A stretch of DNA of 33,969 nucleotides from positions 1-33,969 of the IMG/VR virus record IMGVR_UViG_3300035676_000528; one strand, 5' to 3'. Below the pieces are notes generated by a model. That model was given only the letters and a program-made list of their open reading frames with translations. It did not search any database and was not told where the DNA came from. The position numbers and the translations under genes were made by a program. Position 1 is the stretch's first letter, and each line of letters begins with the position of its first letter. Positions 1-8,942 of the stretch are shown piece by piece. Origin of the DNA: a virus. Taxonomy: Duplodnaviria > Caudoviricetes.

Positions 1-1
1 A

Positions 2-286
2 TCCGCGATCGCATTCTGCACTTGCCGCTTCGAGCACCTGACAGCAGATCGGGTTCACATCGGCCTGATCTTCCATTGCCATGCCGATGACGCCAAGAAG
101 TTCTCGCGACACCTTGTCGTCTTCGTCGACGAGAAGGACGCGTACACGGTGCTCATCCCAGGGGGATACGACTATCCGAGCTTTGGTTCATCGTGGAATC
201 GGATGGTATTCCCCAGACTGAGCGTAGCCGCTGGCTGCAACACCCACATCTTCAGCATCGAAGGAGGGGCCGATGAAGGTCAGTAA
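2..286 (+). CDS. Hypothetical protein, 5'-truncated by the window edge
   Basis: Frame 2 is open from base 2 (SAIAFCTCRFEHL...EGGADEGQ) to TAA 284-286. It overlaps the next ATG (273), as is usual in this operon. Confidence 0.6.
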   Translation, partial: SAIAFCTCRFEHLTADRVHIGLIFHCHADDAKKFSRHLVVFVDEKDAYTVLIPGGYDYPSFGSSWNRMVFPRLSVAAGCNTHIFSIEGGADEGQ

Positions 287-2441
287 GCGCCTGGGCCGCT
301 ACGTCAAGCGGATTCCAGCAACGGTCAGCGAACCGAAGCCTGAGCCGATCAGGGCGGTATCGCCAAAGGAGATGAAGCCGGCCACCAAGCCGGCCTACTC
401 GTGGACACCGGGCTACAAGACCGGTGACTACGTCTTCTCGATGCGGTCCAAGAAAGAATACTGGCTCACATCGAAGGAGCTGCAGGAATACGACGCCGCC
501 CTCAACCGGATCGAAGATGACGAGGCCTTCGAGGACTGGTTCGAGGAGTGGCTCAAGGCTCACCCGTACGTCAAGCCCAAGGACTACTACCAGTCCAAGC
601 CCTATGACTGGGGCAAGACTGGTGGCGGGAAGGGCCTATCCAGCTGGTGGAGATCGGACCTCTACACATCCTGGGGAGGCGCGTGGGGCACGGGCACGGA
701 TGAGCGGCGGCTCGCCGAGGTCATGCAGGTCGTCGCGTCCACGATCAAGATCGTCGATGACAACGATCCTCCTTCGGTCGTGCAATGGGCGGCGAAGGAC
801 GCAACCTCGTCCACCAACCTCAACGCCAACATCATCTCGATCAGCCCCGAGGCAGCGCTCGACAAGTCGCTGACCATCGAGGATGCGATCGACATCTCGA
901 CCTCCCACGCCCTCCACGAGGCGGGGCATGACAACCCGGAATACGGGACGCGCACCATCGTCCACCAGCTGGAGAAGCCGGACCGGCTCAAGCCGCTCGC
1001 CGTCGTCGCCACGCTGGCCAACATCATCGAGGACAACCGCACCGAGCGGATCACCGGCAAGGAGAAGTATCCGGGCTTCGACCCTTACTTCCCCAAGGGC
1101 AAGGCAGATCTGTGGAAGCGCCGCAAGGCAGAGTTCAATCCCGAGAAGTGGGGCGACATCTACGAGTGCCTCAACGCCCTGATCATTCACCTCCGCTGGC
1201 CAGAGCACAGCCCGGAGATCCTCTCCGATCCGTCCTTCACCGCGGAGCTTCCGTGGTGGGAAGAATGGGAGCGCAAGTACCAGGGCGGTGAGGTCGGCTT
1301 CCGCCAAACCATCATCGACGGGCTCGATCGTCTCGCCAACGACGAGGAACGCAAGAAGGAGATGGAGCAGATCGCCGATGGCGAGAAGGCAGACGATCTG
1401 GCGCGGCGTAAGCTTGAGGAGGCCCTCGATCGAGCCCTTGAGCGGGTCGCGGACAAGGTCGCGCAGTCCTGCTGGTCCGAGACCGAATACGACAAGAAGC
1501 TGAGTTCAGAGGTAGCCGAACGAGTCAAGAAGCTCGTCAAGGAGAAGCTGCACCAGTCGGCAATCCTCACCGAGTGCGGCAGCACCAAGCCGAAGCTGTG
1601 GGTCCGCAAGCCGATCGAGTACCCGTCCTCGATCAAGGCGTACACCGGCAAGCCCTCCCCGCTGGTCGACCGCTACAAGGCAGCCCTCCAGTTCAGGCCG
1701 GAGCTTCCTCGCTTCTCGACCCGGCTGCTGAAGTCCGGTGACATCGACGAGGAAGAGCTGTGGCGCTGGGGTATCCAGGACTACCGGGTCTTCGAGCGCC
1801 AGAACATCGAGACCTACCCGAAGGCGATCGTCGGGCTGCTCGTCGACATGAGCGGTTCGATGGAGCACTCCATCCGGTGGGAGAACGACTACAAGACCAA
1901 GGTCTGGGTCGCGCAGCAGCTGACCCAGCTGTTCGTACTCGCCCTTCGGGACATGGAGGGCATCAGGCCGTATGTCTACGGGCACACGGGTGACCTCAAC
2001 CTGAACGCGACAGAGACCTCGGCAGCCGACTTCATGTACATCTGGGAGCCGGGCGATCCGCTCACTCGGATCGGCCTGATCACCGCCGAGGACCATGGCA
2101 ACAACTACGACGGGTTCGCAATCGACTGGGCGGTTGACCAGTTGCTCGCCAACAGGATCGAGCAGGACGAGAGCGTCATCCTGATCGTCCTGTCAGACGG
2201 CTATCCGGCCGGCCACAACTACGGCGACGAGATGGCCATGCAACACGTCCACCGGGTCGTCGATGGTGCCGAGAAGCGGGGAGTCCCCATTCTGCAGGTC
2301 GCCATTGACCACGCCCTTCGCCCCGCAGCGCAGGGGAAGATGTATCGCTATTGGGTCCCGTTCAGGTCTGCGTCCGAGCTTCCTCGCCAGATGGCGACCG
2401 AGCTGTCGCGGATGCTGAACACCAAGTACGTAGGTGGGTGA
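273..2441 (+). CDS. CobT-like protein: HExxH metallopeptidase-like domain plus C-terminal VWA (MIDAS) domain
   Basis: AAGGAGG RBS. HALHEAGH is followed by NIIEDNRTE. LKSGDID precedes the VWA domain, which has LLVDMSGSM (DxSxS), NYDG and LIVLSDGYP. Confidence 0.85.
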   Translation: MKVSKRLGRYVKRIPATVSEPKPEPIRAVSPKEMKPATKPAYSWTPGYKTGDYVFSMRSKKEYWLTSKELQEYDAALNRIEDDEAFEDWFEEWLKAHPYVKPKDYYQSKPYDWGKTGGGKGLSSWWRSDLYTSWGGAWGTGTDERRLAEVMQVVASTIKIVDDNDPPSVVQWAAKDATSSTNLNANIISISPEAALDKSLTIEDAIDISTSHALHEAGHDNPEYGTRTIVHQLEKPDRLKPLAVVATLANIIEDNRTERITGKEKYPGFDPYFPKGKADLWKRRKAEFNPEKWGDIYECLNALIIHLRWPEHSPEILSDPSFTAELPWWEEWERKYQGGEVGFRQTIIDGLDRLANDEERKKEMEQIADGEKADDLARRKLEEALDRALERVADKVAQSCWSETEYDKKLSSEVAERVKKLVKEKLHQSAILTECGSTKPKLWVRKPIEYPSSIKAYTGKPSPLVDRYKAALQFRPELPRFSTRLLKSGDIDEEELWRWGIQDYRVFERQNIETYPKAIVGLLVDMSGSMEHSIRWENDYKTKVWVAQQLTQLFVLALRDMEGIRPYVYGHTGDLNLNATETSAADFMYIWEPGDPLTRIGLITAEDHGNNYDGFAIDWAVDQLLANRIEQDESVILIVLSDGYPAGHNYGDEMAMQHVHRVVDGAEKRGVPILQVAIDHALRPAAQGKMYRYWVPFRSASELPRQMATELSRMLNTKYVGG

Positions 2442-2728
2442 TGCTGTTCCACCACTCTGTAGGCAACAGAATCTGGATGCTCGACCGCTCGCGGCATCCG
2501 TGCGATAAAGGCATGAAGAAGTCCCCGCCATCCATTCTCCATCCCGGGGAGATCCTCCACAGCGAGTTCTGTGAGGTGGAGATCCTGGTGATCGGGGACA
2601 CCCCGACCGAAACCGGATATCCCGCATTGGCCTTCCCGTCGTTCGAGAGCGGCCCGAAGTATTACACGGTGCTTCCGAGCGACATGCACCACATCGCCGT
2701 GGTGCCGTTGAGGCACGTGCTGAAATGA
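2441..2728 (+). CDS. Hypothetical protein (95 aa)
   Basis: ATG 2441 overlaps the upstream TGA (TGATG). The stop overlaps the next start (ATGA). Confidence 0.65.
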   Translation: MLFHHSVGNRIWMLDRSRHPCDKGMKKSPPSILHPGEILHSEFCEVEILVIGDTPTETGYPALAFPSFESGPKYYTVLPSDMHHIAVVPLRHVLK

Positions 2729-3021
2729 AAATCTGCACCAACAGGTACTCGGTCCCGTATCCGGTCACTCCGACTGGGACTGTCGTCCACGACAATGACG
2801 ATTGCAGGGACCAGTACGTCGTCATCTCAGACCCGCTCCCGGACAACGACACGAGAGCATGGGATGGTGAGAGAGGAATCAACCTGACGCGCTACGCGCT
2901 GCTCTATATACGCGAAGAACTCAGGGTAGTGATAGCTGATTCTGTCCATTGGAGACACATGCATCTGGCAGACATCCAGGATGCGATGCACTACCTCCAT
3001 GCCCAAAAGGAGGAAGAGTGA
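2725..3021 (+). CDS. Hypothetical protein (98 aa)
   Basis: ATGA and GTGA coupling at the two ends. No recognisable motif. Confidence 0.65.
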   Translation: MKICTNRYSVPYPVTPTGTVVHDNDDCRDQYVVISDPLPDNDTRAWDGERGINLTRYALLYIREELRVVIADSVHWRHMHLADIQDAMHYLHAQKEEE

Positions 3022-3479
3022 TCATCAAGGAGAATGTGCGGATCGTCCAGGAAGTTGTGGGAGATGGGACGGTCTACGAGTCGACGGACTCGATTGGAGA
3101 AGATCTCGCCGCGATGGGCCTGTCCAACTCCGTGCAGGAGGAGGTCTGGGTCATCACCATCGACGGCGGCAGGATGGTCAGGCGCTACTACTCGGTGGCC
3201 AAGGGCAACTACCACGACTGTGACGTGTCCCTGCCGGCGATCCTCTCGCCGGTGTTCCTCTCGGCAACTGACCGGTTCGTGGTCGCCCACAACCACCCGA
3301 GCGGGGCGCTTGAGCCAACCCAGCAGGACTTCAACATGACATGGAGGATCGCTGAGGCGGCGGATCTGCTCGATCTCATCTTCGAGGATCACCTGATCGT
3401 CGCCCCAGGTGGTCGCTGGTATTCGATGCGCGGCCATCGCCAGATGCGCGCGCCTCGCTCGAAGAAGGTGGCGGAATGA
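3018..3479 (+). CDS. radC: RadC-like JAB/MPN domain protein
   Basis: GTG 3018 after AAGGAGG. QEEVWVITID, VVAHNHPSG-x3-PTQQD and EDHLIV match the RadC JAB signature. Confidence 0.9.
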   Translation: MIIKENVRIVQEVVGDGTVYESTDSIGEDLAAMGLSNSVQEEVWVITIDGGRMVRRYYSVAKGNYHDCDVSLPAILSPVFLSATDRFVVAHNHPSGALEPTQQDFNMTWRIAEAADLLDLIFEDHLIVAPGGRWYSMRGHRQMRAPRSKKVAE

Positions 3480-3751
3480 ATCTCACCGTCACGAAGGCAG
3501 CACGGGGAAGGAGGTATGAGTTCATCGTGAACTCCTATCACCCGGTAGGATCAGAGCACAAGATCTTCCACACGGGGATCACCAGGAGGGATGGGTTTCG
3601 CTCCCAATACCTCGTCATTGTCACAGAGGGACCGAATACCACCTCGGTTCCCGCGGGCTTGTGGAGCCGCATCCGGAACCTGCTCCATGCCCGCGTCGGC
3701 TGGCTCTCCTCGTACGATCTGAAGAACTACTATCGGAGGCTGGACCCGTGA
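3476..3751 (+). CDS. Hypothetical protein (91 aa)
   Basis: ATGA/GTGA coupling to both neighbours. Confidence 0.65.
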   Translation: MNLTVTKAARGRRYEFIVNSYHPVGSEHKIFHTGITRRDGFRSQYLVIVTEGPNTTSVPAGLWSRIRNLLHARVGWLSSYDLKNYYRRLDP

Positions 3752-4044
3752 TCAGGAGGATGAAAGCGGCGCGCAACAAACGGTGGGTGCTGCAGCCCTG
3801 GTATACGATGTCAAGGGCGTACGAAGACCTTCCGAAGCACTCGGTCATCGACACCGGGATCGTGGTGGATCGGAAATACTACAAGGAGCCGAACCACCTC
3901 TTTGTCGTGAAACTCGAAGAGCCGATGCTGAAGCCGTACGAGGGGAACAACTACTTCTTCCGGCCGGTGCTGACGGAACGCGTCTTCCTGCAGACGATCA
4001 GAGATCTCAGGCAACACTACGTGCCAGAAAGGGAGGCCACGTGA
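3748..4044 (+). CDS. Hypothetical protein (about 98 aa)
   Basis: GTG 3748 after GGAGG, overlapping the previous stop (alternative ATG 3760). The stop overlaps the next GTG. Confidence 0.65.
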   Translation: MIRRMKAARNKRWVLQPWYTMSRAYEDLPKHSVIDTGIVVDRKYYKEPNHLFVVKLEEPMLKPYEGNNYFFRPVLTERVFLQTIRDLRQHYVPEREAT

Positions 4045-4301
4045 GCAGGTACATCGATCCAACGGCCTATCGCTATGCCTTGGTGCACGATGAGTACGAG
4101 GATCTGGACCTGCTCGATTACTTTTCGGTCGATGACGACTATCGTTTCGAGGACTGGGCCTTGGTTCGCATCAACCATGTCTGGAGGACCAATACTGGAC
4201 AACTGGTTACCGGTGTGCGTATAATCAAGGAGTCGCCGACGGTAAGGGACATCAGGAGGCTGGCTCGCGCCAGGCTGGGCGCGCAACAGTTGGAGCCGTG
4301 A
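4041..4301 (+). CDS. Hypothetical protein (86 aa)
   Basis: GGAGG then GTG 4041, with GTGA overlaps at both ends. Confidence 0.65.
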   Translation: MSRYIDPTAYRYALVHDEYEDLDLLDYFSVDDDYRFEDWALVRINHVWRTNTGQLVTGVRIIKESPTVRDIRRLARARLGAQQLEP

Positions 4302-4762
4302 ACTACCCCGATCTGGCCAAGCACTATGGCATTCCCATGTGTGGGATTGCCGGCCACGGCGGTCCGTGCGGCTCTGTCTCTTCGCACATGCGGGGTAGGA
4401 TGGAGTTCAGCCCAAGTAGGGGACGTTTCATCCATTGGATAGATCGTGAAGTGACGAAGCCGGGCCTGCTTCGCTTCCTGACCATAGTCGCCGACGTCTT
4501 CGTCGGTGACGATCGAGCAGTCGCGTTCCCTCCCGGCACCCCCCTGACAATGCGGAAGCCGCCCATCACTCCGTGGTGGACCGCCTACGCCATCAGGGGT
4601 ATGTGGGTCGAGATGGAAATGTCGAGGATTGGATACCCCTGTAACGCGGAGGACATGGCCTCTGAACGGAGAATGGTTCACATGTATCTCATGACCAGGA
4701 GTGACAACATCCGCCTTCTTCATCCAGGCTGGGAGGCCTGGGCCACTAGAGGAGTTCCGTGA
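4298..4762 (+). CDS. Hypothetical protein (154 aa) with an N-terminal Cys/His cluster
   Basis: GGAG RBS and GTGA overlap. Contains MCGIAGHGGPCGSVSSH. Confidence 0.6.
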   Translation: MNYPDLAKHYGIPMCGIAGHGGPCGSVSSHMRGRMEFSPSRGRFIHWIDREVTKPGLLRFLTIVADVFVGDDRAVAFPPGTPLTMRKPPITPWWTAYAIRGMWVEMEMSRIGYPCNAEDMASERRMVHMYLMTRSDNIRLLHPGWEAWATRGVP

Positions 4763-4763
4763 C

Positions 4764-5573
4764 ATGCGTAAGCCGTCTATCTCGACACTCGCCGCACAAG
4801 AGAAGTCCCGAAAGGCCATTCACGGGATGTATCAGCTCCTCGCCCCGGTTGGGCAGGAGTCGACGGAAAGCGTCAACTACAAGAGTCTCGCAGCGGCGAT
4901 CGGCGTCGAGCCGTACCTGCTCCAGCGGATCATCACCCTGCTGGCCAAGAAGGGCGCGCTCGTGCGTCGTTACCGAGGGCATGTCGGCCAGCCCAGCGCC
5001 GGCAAGTCCAGCTACTGGACGCTCACCGTCCCAGAGGAGGAAGCCGTCAAGATCATGATCTCGGACTGGAAGAACCTCTACCAGCCAACCCCCAAGCCGA
5101 AGGAAACCCCGGCGAAGGAGATCGCAGCCGACGCTGTCGTCGTCGCCGATGAGCGCTCGCCGGAAGAGGTCCGTGCCATCGCCGGACCGGAGAACAAGAA
5201 CGAGCCGTTCGAGGTTCTCCGCCATCTGCGTCGTGACGAATCCGCAGCGCAAGTGGAAGCCGTGCGCCAGTACATCGATCGGGCTGCATTCCTCGATCAG
5301 AAGCTGGACGAGCTGGCCAAGGCGGGGATCACCGTGAACCGCGCAGCCATCGTGTTCGAGCGCGACGAGCGCCTCGAAACGCTGGCCCTCCTCCTGCCCT
5401 ACATCAACAACCTGGAGGGTCGGATCACCGTCATGCAGGAGACGATCGAGTCCCTGCAGAAGAAGGCCTCCGTGTCAACCGAGCTGGCACAGGAGAACCG
5501 CAAGCTGAAGGAGCAGAACCAGCGCCTCATCTCCGAGAAGGTCGGGCGCAGCATCGTGAGCGCCTCGGCATGA
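4764..5573 (+). CDS. Putative DNA-binding protein (winged HTH N-terminus, coiled-coil C-terminus)
   Basis: ATG 4764 after GAGGAG. YKSLAAAIGVEPYLLQRIITLLAKKGALVR plus a wing (SSYWTL) resembles a wHTH. The C-terminus is heptad-rich. Confidence 0.65.
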   Translation: MRKPSISTLAAQEKSRKAIHGMYQLLAPVGQESTESVNYKSLAAAIGVEPYLLQRIITLLAKKGALVRRYRGHVGQPSAGKSSYWTLTVPEEEAVKIMISDWKNLYQPTPKPKETPAKEIAADAVVVADERSPEEVRAIAGPENKNEPFEVLRHLRRDESAAQVEAVRQYIDRAAFLDQKLDELAKAGITVNRAAIVFERDERLETLALLLPYINNLEGRITVMQETIESLQKKASVSTELAQENRKLKEQNQRLISEKVGRSIVSASA

Positions 5574-5740
5574 ACGAGGACAAGGACTACAACGAAGCGG
5601 CGGCTGCGAAGCTCGCCGAACAGTGGACGGCGATGTGGGCGGTGATGGTGAGGGGAGGCCTCCCGCCCAAGGATGCCACCCGCGTCCTGCGGACCTACAT
5701 CAAAGCCACCTTCGGGCATATGGACTGGAGGCCCAAGTGA
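5570..5740 (+). CDS. Small hypothetical protein (56 aa; not in the ORF track)
   Basis: MNEDKDYNEAAAAKLAEQWTAMWAVMVRGGLPPKDATRVLRTYIKATFGHMDWRPK. It fills the gap exactly, with ATGA and GTGA overlaps. Confidence 0.7.
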   Translation: MNEDKDYNEAAAAKLAEQWTAMWAVMVRGGLPPKDATRVLRTYIKATFGHMDWRPK

Positions 5741-6519
5741 CGCCACCCGTTGTGCTCTCGGCATCATCGGTAGCGACCTACCTGCGATGCGGCCAGCAGT
5801 GGTACTACGCCTACATCATGAACTACAAGGAACCGCCCAACCTCAAGAAGGTGGTGGGCATCGCGACCCACCGGGCGGTCGAGCTGAACATGGAGCAGAA
5901 GATCACCACCAAGGTCGATCTTCCGACCGAGCAGGTCCTCGACGCGTTCGCCGACGCGTTCGACAAGGAGTCCGAGGACGTCGAACCCGATGAGCGGGAG
6001 AGCCCCGGCGAGGCGAAGGACTCCGGGATCGCGATCACCCGCCTCTATCACGAGACGGTCGGTCCTCCGATCCAGCCGTACTGGGTGGAGCGGCAGGTGC
6101 AGTACGCGGTCGATGGGGTGCCGTTCACCGGCATCCTCGATCTCGTCGAGGAGCGCACCGATCCCGTCATGGGCAGCCAGCACTTCGTTCTGCGGGACGT
6201 GAAGACCACGGCGCAGACGCCTTCACGCCAGCGGTACGCCATCCAGATGACCGGCTATGCCGTCGCCGTCAAGCACGAGACGGGCCAGGACAGTGCCGAT
6301 GTCATCCTCGACTTCCTCGTGCGAACGAAGCTTCCCAAGTACGTCCCCCTCTACGCCGACGTCACCAAGAACACGATCCGCCAGTTCAGCGACGTCGTGG
6401 GACAGGTGATGAATGGCATCAACGCAGGCAACTTCCCACCGAACGGGCTGGTCGGCACGGCCTGCTCGTGGTGTGGCTACCGAGATATCTGTCCGGCATT
6501 CAAGGAGTTCAGCAAGTGA
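5737..6519 (+). CDS. PD-(D/E)xK nuclease, RecB/Cas4-like, with a four-Cys (Fe-S type) motif
   Basis: GTG 5737 after GGAGG. Motifs LSASSVATYLRC, GIATH, VERQV, GILDLVE, RDVKT, QMTGY and CSWCGYRDIC. Confidence 0.9.
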   Translation: MTPPVVLSASSVATYLRCGQQWYYAYIMNYKEPPNLKKVVGIATHRAVELNMEQKITTKVDLPTEQVLDAFADAFDKESEDVEPDERESPGEAKDSGIAITRLYHETVGPPIQPYWVERQVQYAVDGVPFTGILDLVEERTDPVMGSQHFVLRDVKTTAQTPSRQRYAIQMTGYAVAVKHETGQDSADVILDFLVRTKLPKYVPLYADVTKNTIRQFSDVVGQVMNGINAGNFPPNGLVGTACSWCGYRDICPAFKEFSK

Positions 6520-6842
6520 GCGACGTGAACGTGGCGGTCGTGAGTGGATCGCTGGAGAAGGACCCGGTCATCAGCTCGACCAACACCGGCATCGAGATGG
6601 CCAACTTCTCGCTCGTCTGCACCGAGGAGTACCAGGGAAAGACGAAGGAGATCCTCGTCAAGTGCATGGCGTGGGGCGACACCGCCACGGCCGTGGCGGA
6701 GCTTCATCAAGGCGACCTCATCGTCGTGCAGGGGAAGCTGAATGGGAAGCGGAGCGAGAAGTCCGGCTACATCTCCATGGAGCTGACGGTCTCGCGCTTC
6801 ATCGTCCCCTTCCAGCTGGGGGCGGGGCCGCTCTTCCAGTGA
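6516..6842 (+). CDS. ssb: Single-stranded DNA-binding protein (OB fold, no acidic tail)
   Basis: GTG 6516 after AAGGAG. NVAVVSGSLEKDP, ANFSLV, CMAWGDTA and LHQGDLIVVQGKL follow the SSB pattern. Confidence 0.88.
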   Translation: MSDVNVAVVSGSLEKDPVISSTNTGIEMANFSLVCTEEYQGKTKEILVKCMAWGDTATAVAELHQGDLIVVQGKLNGKRSEKSGYISMELTVSRFIVPFQLGAGPLFQ

Positions 6843-6852
6843 GGACGGAGTA

Positions 6853-7359
6853 ATGCACTTCAGCGTTCTCGTGATGACCCGACAGGGTCTCGACGGCCAG
6901 ATAGCTCGACAGCTCGACAAATTCGACGAGAACGATCCGAGTTGCACCAACCCGAAGTGGGACTGGTGGGTCATCGGCGGTGGCTTCAGCGGCATGCTCG
7001 ACGGCTACGATCCAAGAACTAATCCGAAGAACTACAAGCCCTGTGCCTACTGCGAGGCGACGGGGATCACGACAGAGGCGGTCGCCGAGAAGCACCCCGC
7101 CTACAAGCCCCACGTCGGCAAGACGTGCATTCAATGCCTGGGAAGCGGCAAGAGGCTCGTTTCTCCATCTGAGCTGGAACCACACGAGGGAGACCATCGG
7201 GCGGCGATCCTGGTCACCCGCGAGTCTCTCTCCTACGTGCCCTACGCGATCATCGACCTTGCTGGCCAATGGCATGAAATCGAGTCCAGCGAAGAGGTTG
7301 AGGAGATCATCCAGAACAACCTGGCCTCCGTCGTAAGCGTGGTTGACTGCCATGACTGA
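6853..7359 (+). CDS. Phage hypothetical protein with an inserted CxxC...CxxCxGxG zinc finger
   Basis: GGAG RBS. NPKWDWWVIGG motif, plus CAYCEATG and CIQCLGSG (DnaJ-type). Confidence 0.7.
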   Translation: MHFSVLVMTRQGLDGQIARQLDKFDENDPSCTNPKWDWWVIGGGFSGMLDGYDPRTNPKNYKPCAYCEATGITTEAVAEKHPAYKPHVGKTCIQCLGSGKRLVSPSELEPHEGDHRAAILVTRESLSYVPYAIIDLAGQWHEIESSEEVEEIIQNNLASVVSVVDCHD

Positions 7360-7624
7360 CGAGTCGATCTTCCGTCCGTATGACCCGCCCACCCAACAGG
7401 AACGTCTGCTGGAGCTACTCATCGAGTCGTTCCCAGAGGGCCTGAGCGCGATGGAGATCCTCCGTCGCGGTGGGATCTACCGGGCTGCGGCAAGGGTGTC
7501 CGAGTTACGTAAGAGGGGCTGGCTCATCGAGACAAAGACCGAGCACGGCAAGACGGCGGTATATCGCCTGACGAGCCTGACCAACATCTACTGGAAGCCC
7601 GAGCAGAAGGATCTCGGGCTGTGA
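7352..7624 (+). CDS. Small winged helix-turn-helix protein
   Basis: GLSAMEIL...IYRAAARVSELRKRGWLIET...AVYRL matches a common phage wHTH pattern. Confidence 0.75.
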   Translation: MTDESIFRPYDPPTQQERLLELLIESFPEGLSAMEILRRGGIYRAAARVSELRKRGWLIETKTEHGKTAVYRLTSLTNIYWKPEQKDLGL

Positions 7625-7635
7625 GGAGGACCGAC

Positions 7636-8451
7636 ATGGCACGCAAGCAGGAACAACCACTCTCCGAGCAGGAGCAGCTGGAGATCGAGAGCCCAAGCGA
7701 CTACGGCTCCGACGAGCCGACACCCGAGGCCATCGTCGACGCCGAGGACGCGGTCGAGCGCAAGCGACCGTGGGCGAGCGATCCGTTCATCAACCTCAAG
7801 GGCAAGATGTATCTGCCGGCTCGCCGGCGCATCCAGTGGTTCCGTGGTGACATCGAGCCACATCCACTTTGGACGATCGACACCGTGGAGCTGCTCCACG
7901 AGCGAGGCAAGCGGATCTCACCGTCAAGGATCGAGGGCGGCTATGCCCTGATCCGGGCCGAGGTGCGTGATGACACCGGCAGGCTCATCGCCGCCGGGTC
8001 GAAGAGCGAGCACAGCGAGAACTTCCCCGACTACTACGAGAAGGCGGAGACAGGTGCAATCGCGCGTGCGCTGGCAGTCGCCGGATACGGCACGGAGCTG
8101 GCGATGGACCTCGACGAAGGGGTCGCAGAGGACGGGTCGCTCCGGATCGCCGACAGCCCCGTCCAGGTCACAACATCCTCTGTTCCATCGGCAGGTCGGG
8201 GTGGACGAAGCACGACGCCGACCGAGGCCCACGTCCAGGAGATAGCGCGCCTCGCAGCGCGCCTCGGCCTGTCGGCCCGCGGGGTTGCCGACATGCTCAA
8301 CTCCCTCCTCCCCGACAAGGTGAGCATCACGCTCGGGGATGATCCGGCTGAGGACTCGGCCACGATCAGGGCCTGGATCAGCAGGCTCTCCCCGGAAGAG
8401 GTGGCATTCGTCATCGACGCCATGCAGATGGCGATCAAGGCACGGCCATGA
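7636..8451 (+). CDS. Putative single-strand annealing protein (Rad52/Sak-like recombinase)
   Basis: GAGGAGG RBS. INLKGKMYLPARRRIQWFR and EKAETGAIARALAVAGYG recall phage SSAP motifs, and the gene lies near the nuclease and SSB. Family assignment is inferred. Confidence 0.6.
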   Translation: MARKQEQPLSEQEQLEIESPSDYGSDEPTPEAIVDAEDAVERKRPWASDPFINLKGKMYLPARRRIQWFRGDIEPHPLWTIDTVELLHERGKRISPSRIEGGYALIRAEVRDDTGRLIAAGSKSEHSENFPDYYEKAETGAIARALAVAGYGTELAMDLDEGVAEDGSLRIADSPVQVTTSSVPSAGRGGRSTTPTEAHVQEIARLAARLGLSARGVADMLNSLLPDKVSITLGDDPAEDSATIRAWISRLSPEEVAFVIDAMQMAIKARP

Positions 8452-8452
8452 G

Positions 8453-8746
8453 ATGGAGATCACGCACTACGTTCTCGATGGACACGAAGTACGAGAAGCC
8501 CCGCTGCGTGAGTGGGTGTCGTTCTTCGAGAACACGGACGCCCGCAGGGTAGCCCTCGACGTAATCGATAACACGAGCATCTCCACCGTCTTCATCGGCG
8601 TGGACGAGACACAGCTGTTCGAGACGATGATCTTCGGCGGCGGATATTCGGTTTTGTGCTGGCGATACGACACGTGGGACGAGGCCATGGAGGGCCACAG
8701 GGACATTGTTGCCCGCCTCCTGGTCGGCCTCCCACCGAGGAAGTGA
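8453..8746 (+). CDS. Phage hypothetical protein (97 aa)
   Basis: ATG 1 nt after the previous stop. ISTVFIGVD...LFETMIFGG...RYDTWDEAMEGH resembles a recurrent phage family of unknown function. Confidence 0.7.
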   Translation: MEITHYVLDGHEVREAPLREWVSFFENTDARRVALDVIDNTSISTVFIGVDETQLFETMIFGGGYSVLCWRYDTWDEAMEGHRDIVARLLVGLPPRK

Positions 8747-8747
8747 G

Positions 8748-8942
8748 ATGACGAACGAGAAGAAGGTGTCTCCTCTCCGTCCCGGGAACGAGAGGGAGGA
8801 GCCGGAACCGCAACGGCTGACGTTCGGCATGCACAAGATCTGCACGACCTGCAAGGGGACCGGGCGGCTCGGGCGATCTGACAAGTCGTCCGCGTGCATG
8901 CACTGCAGCGGAAGGGGGTTCGTTCCCTATGCCGGAATGTAA
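8748..8942 (+). CDS. Small DnaJ-type zinc-finger protein (64 aa)
   Basis: GAGG RBS. CTTCKGTG and CMHCSGRG give two CxxCxGxG motifs. Confidence 0.7.
   Translation: MTNEKKVSPLRPGNEREEPEPQRLTFGMHKICTTCKGTGRLGRSDKSSACMHCSGRGFVPYAGM

Noticed and set aside
273-2441. Cobalamin biosynthesis (cobT) auxiliary metabolic gene
   Set aside because: Only the VWA/peptidase-like architecture is supported. No cobalamin pathway genes are present, so no gene symbol was assigned.
5737-6519. CRISPR-Cas locus implied by the Cas4-like nuclease
   Set aside because: No repeat-spacer array or other cas genes are visible. Stand-alone Cas4-like nucleases are common in phage recombination modules.
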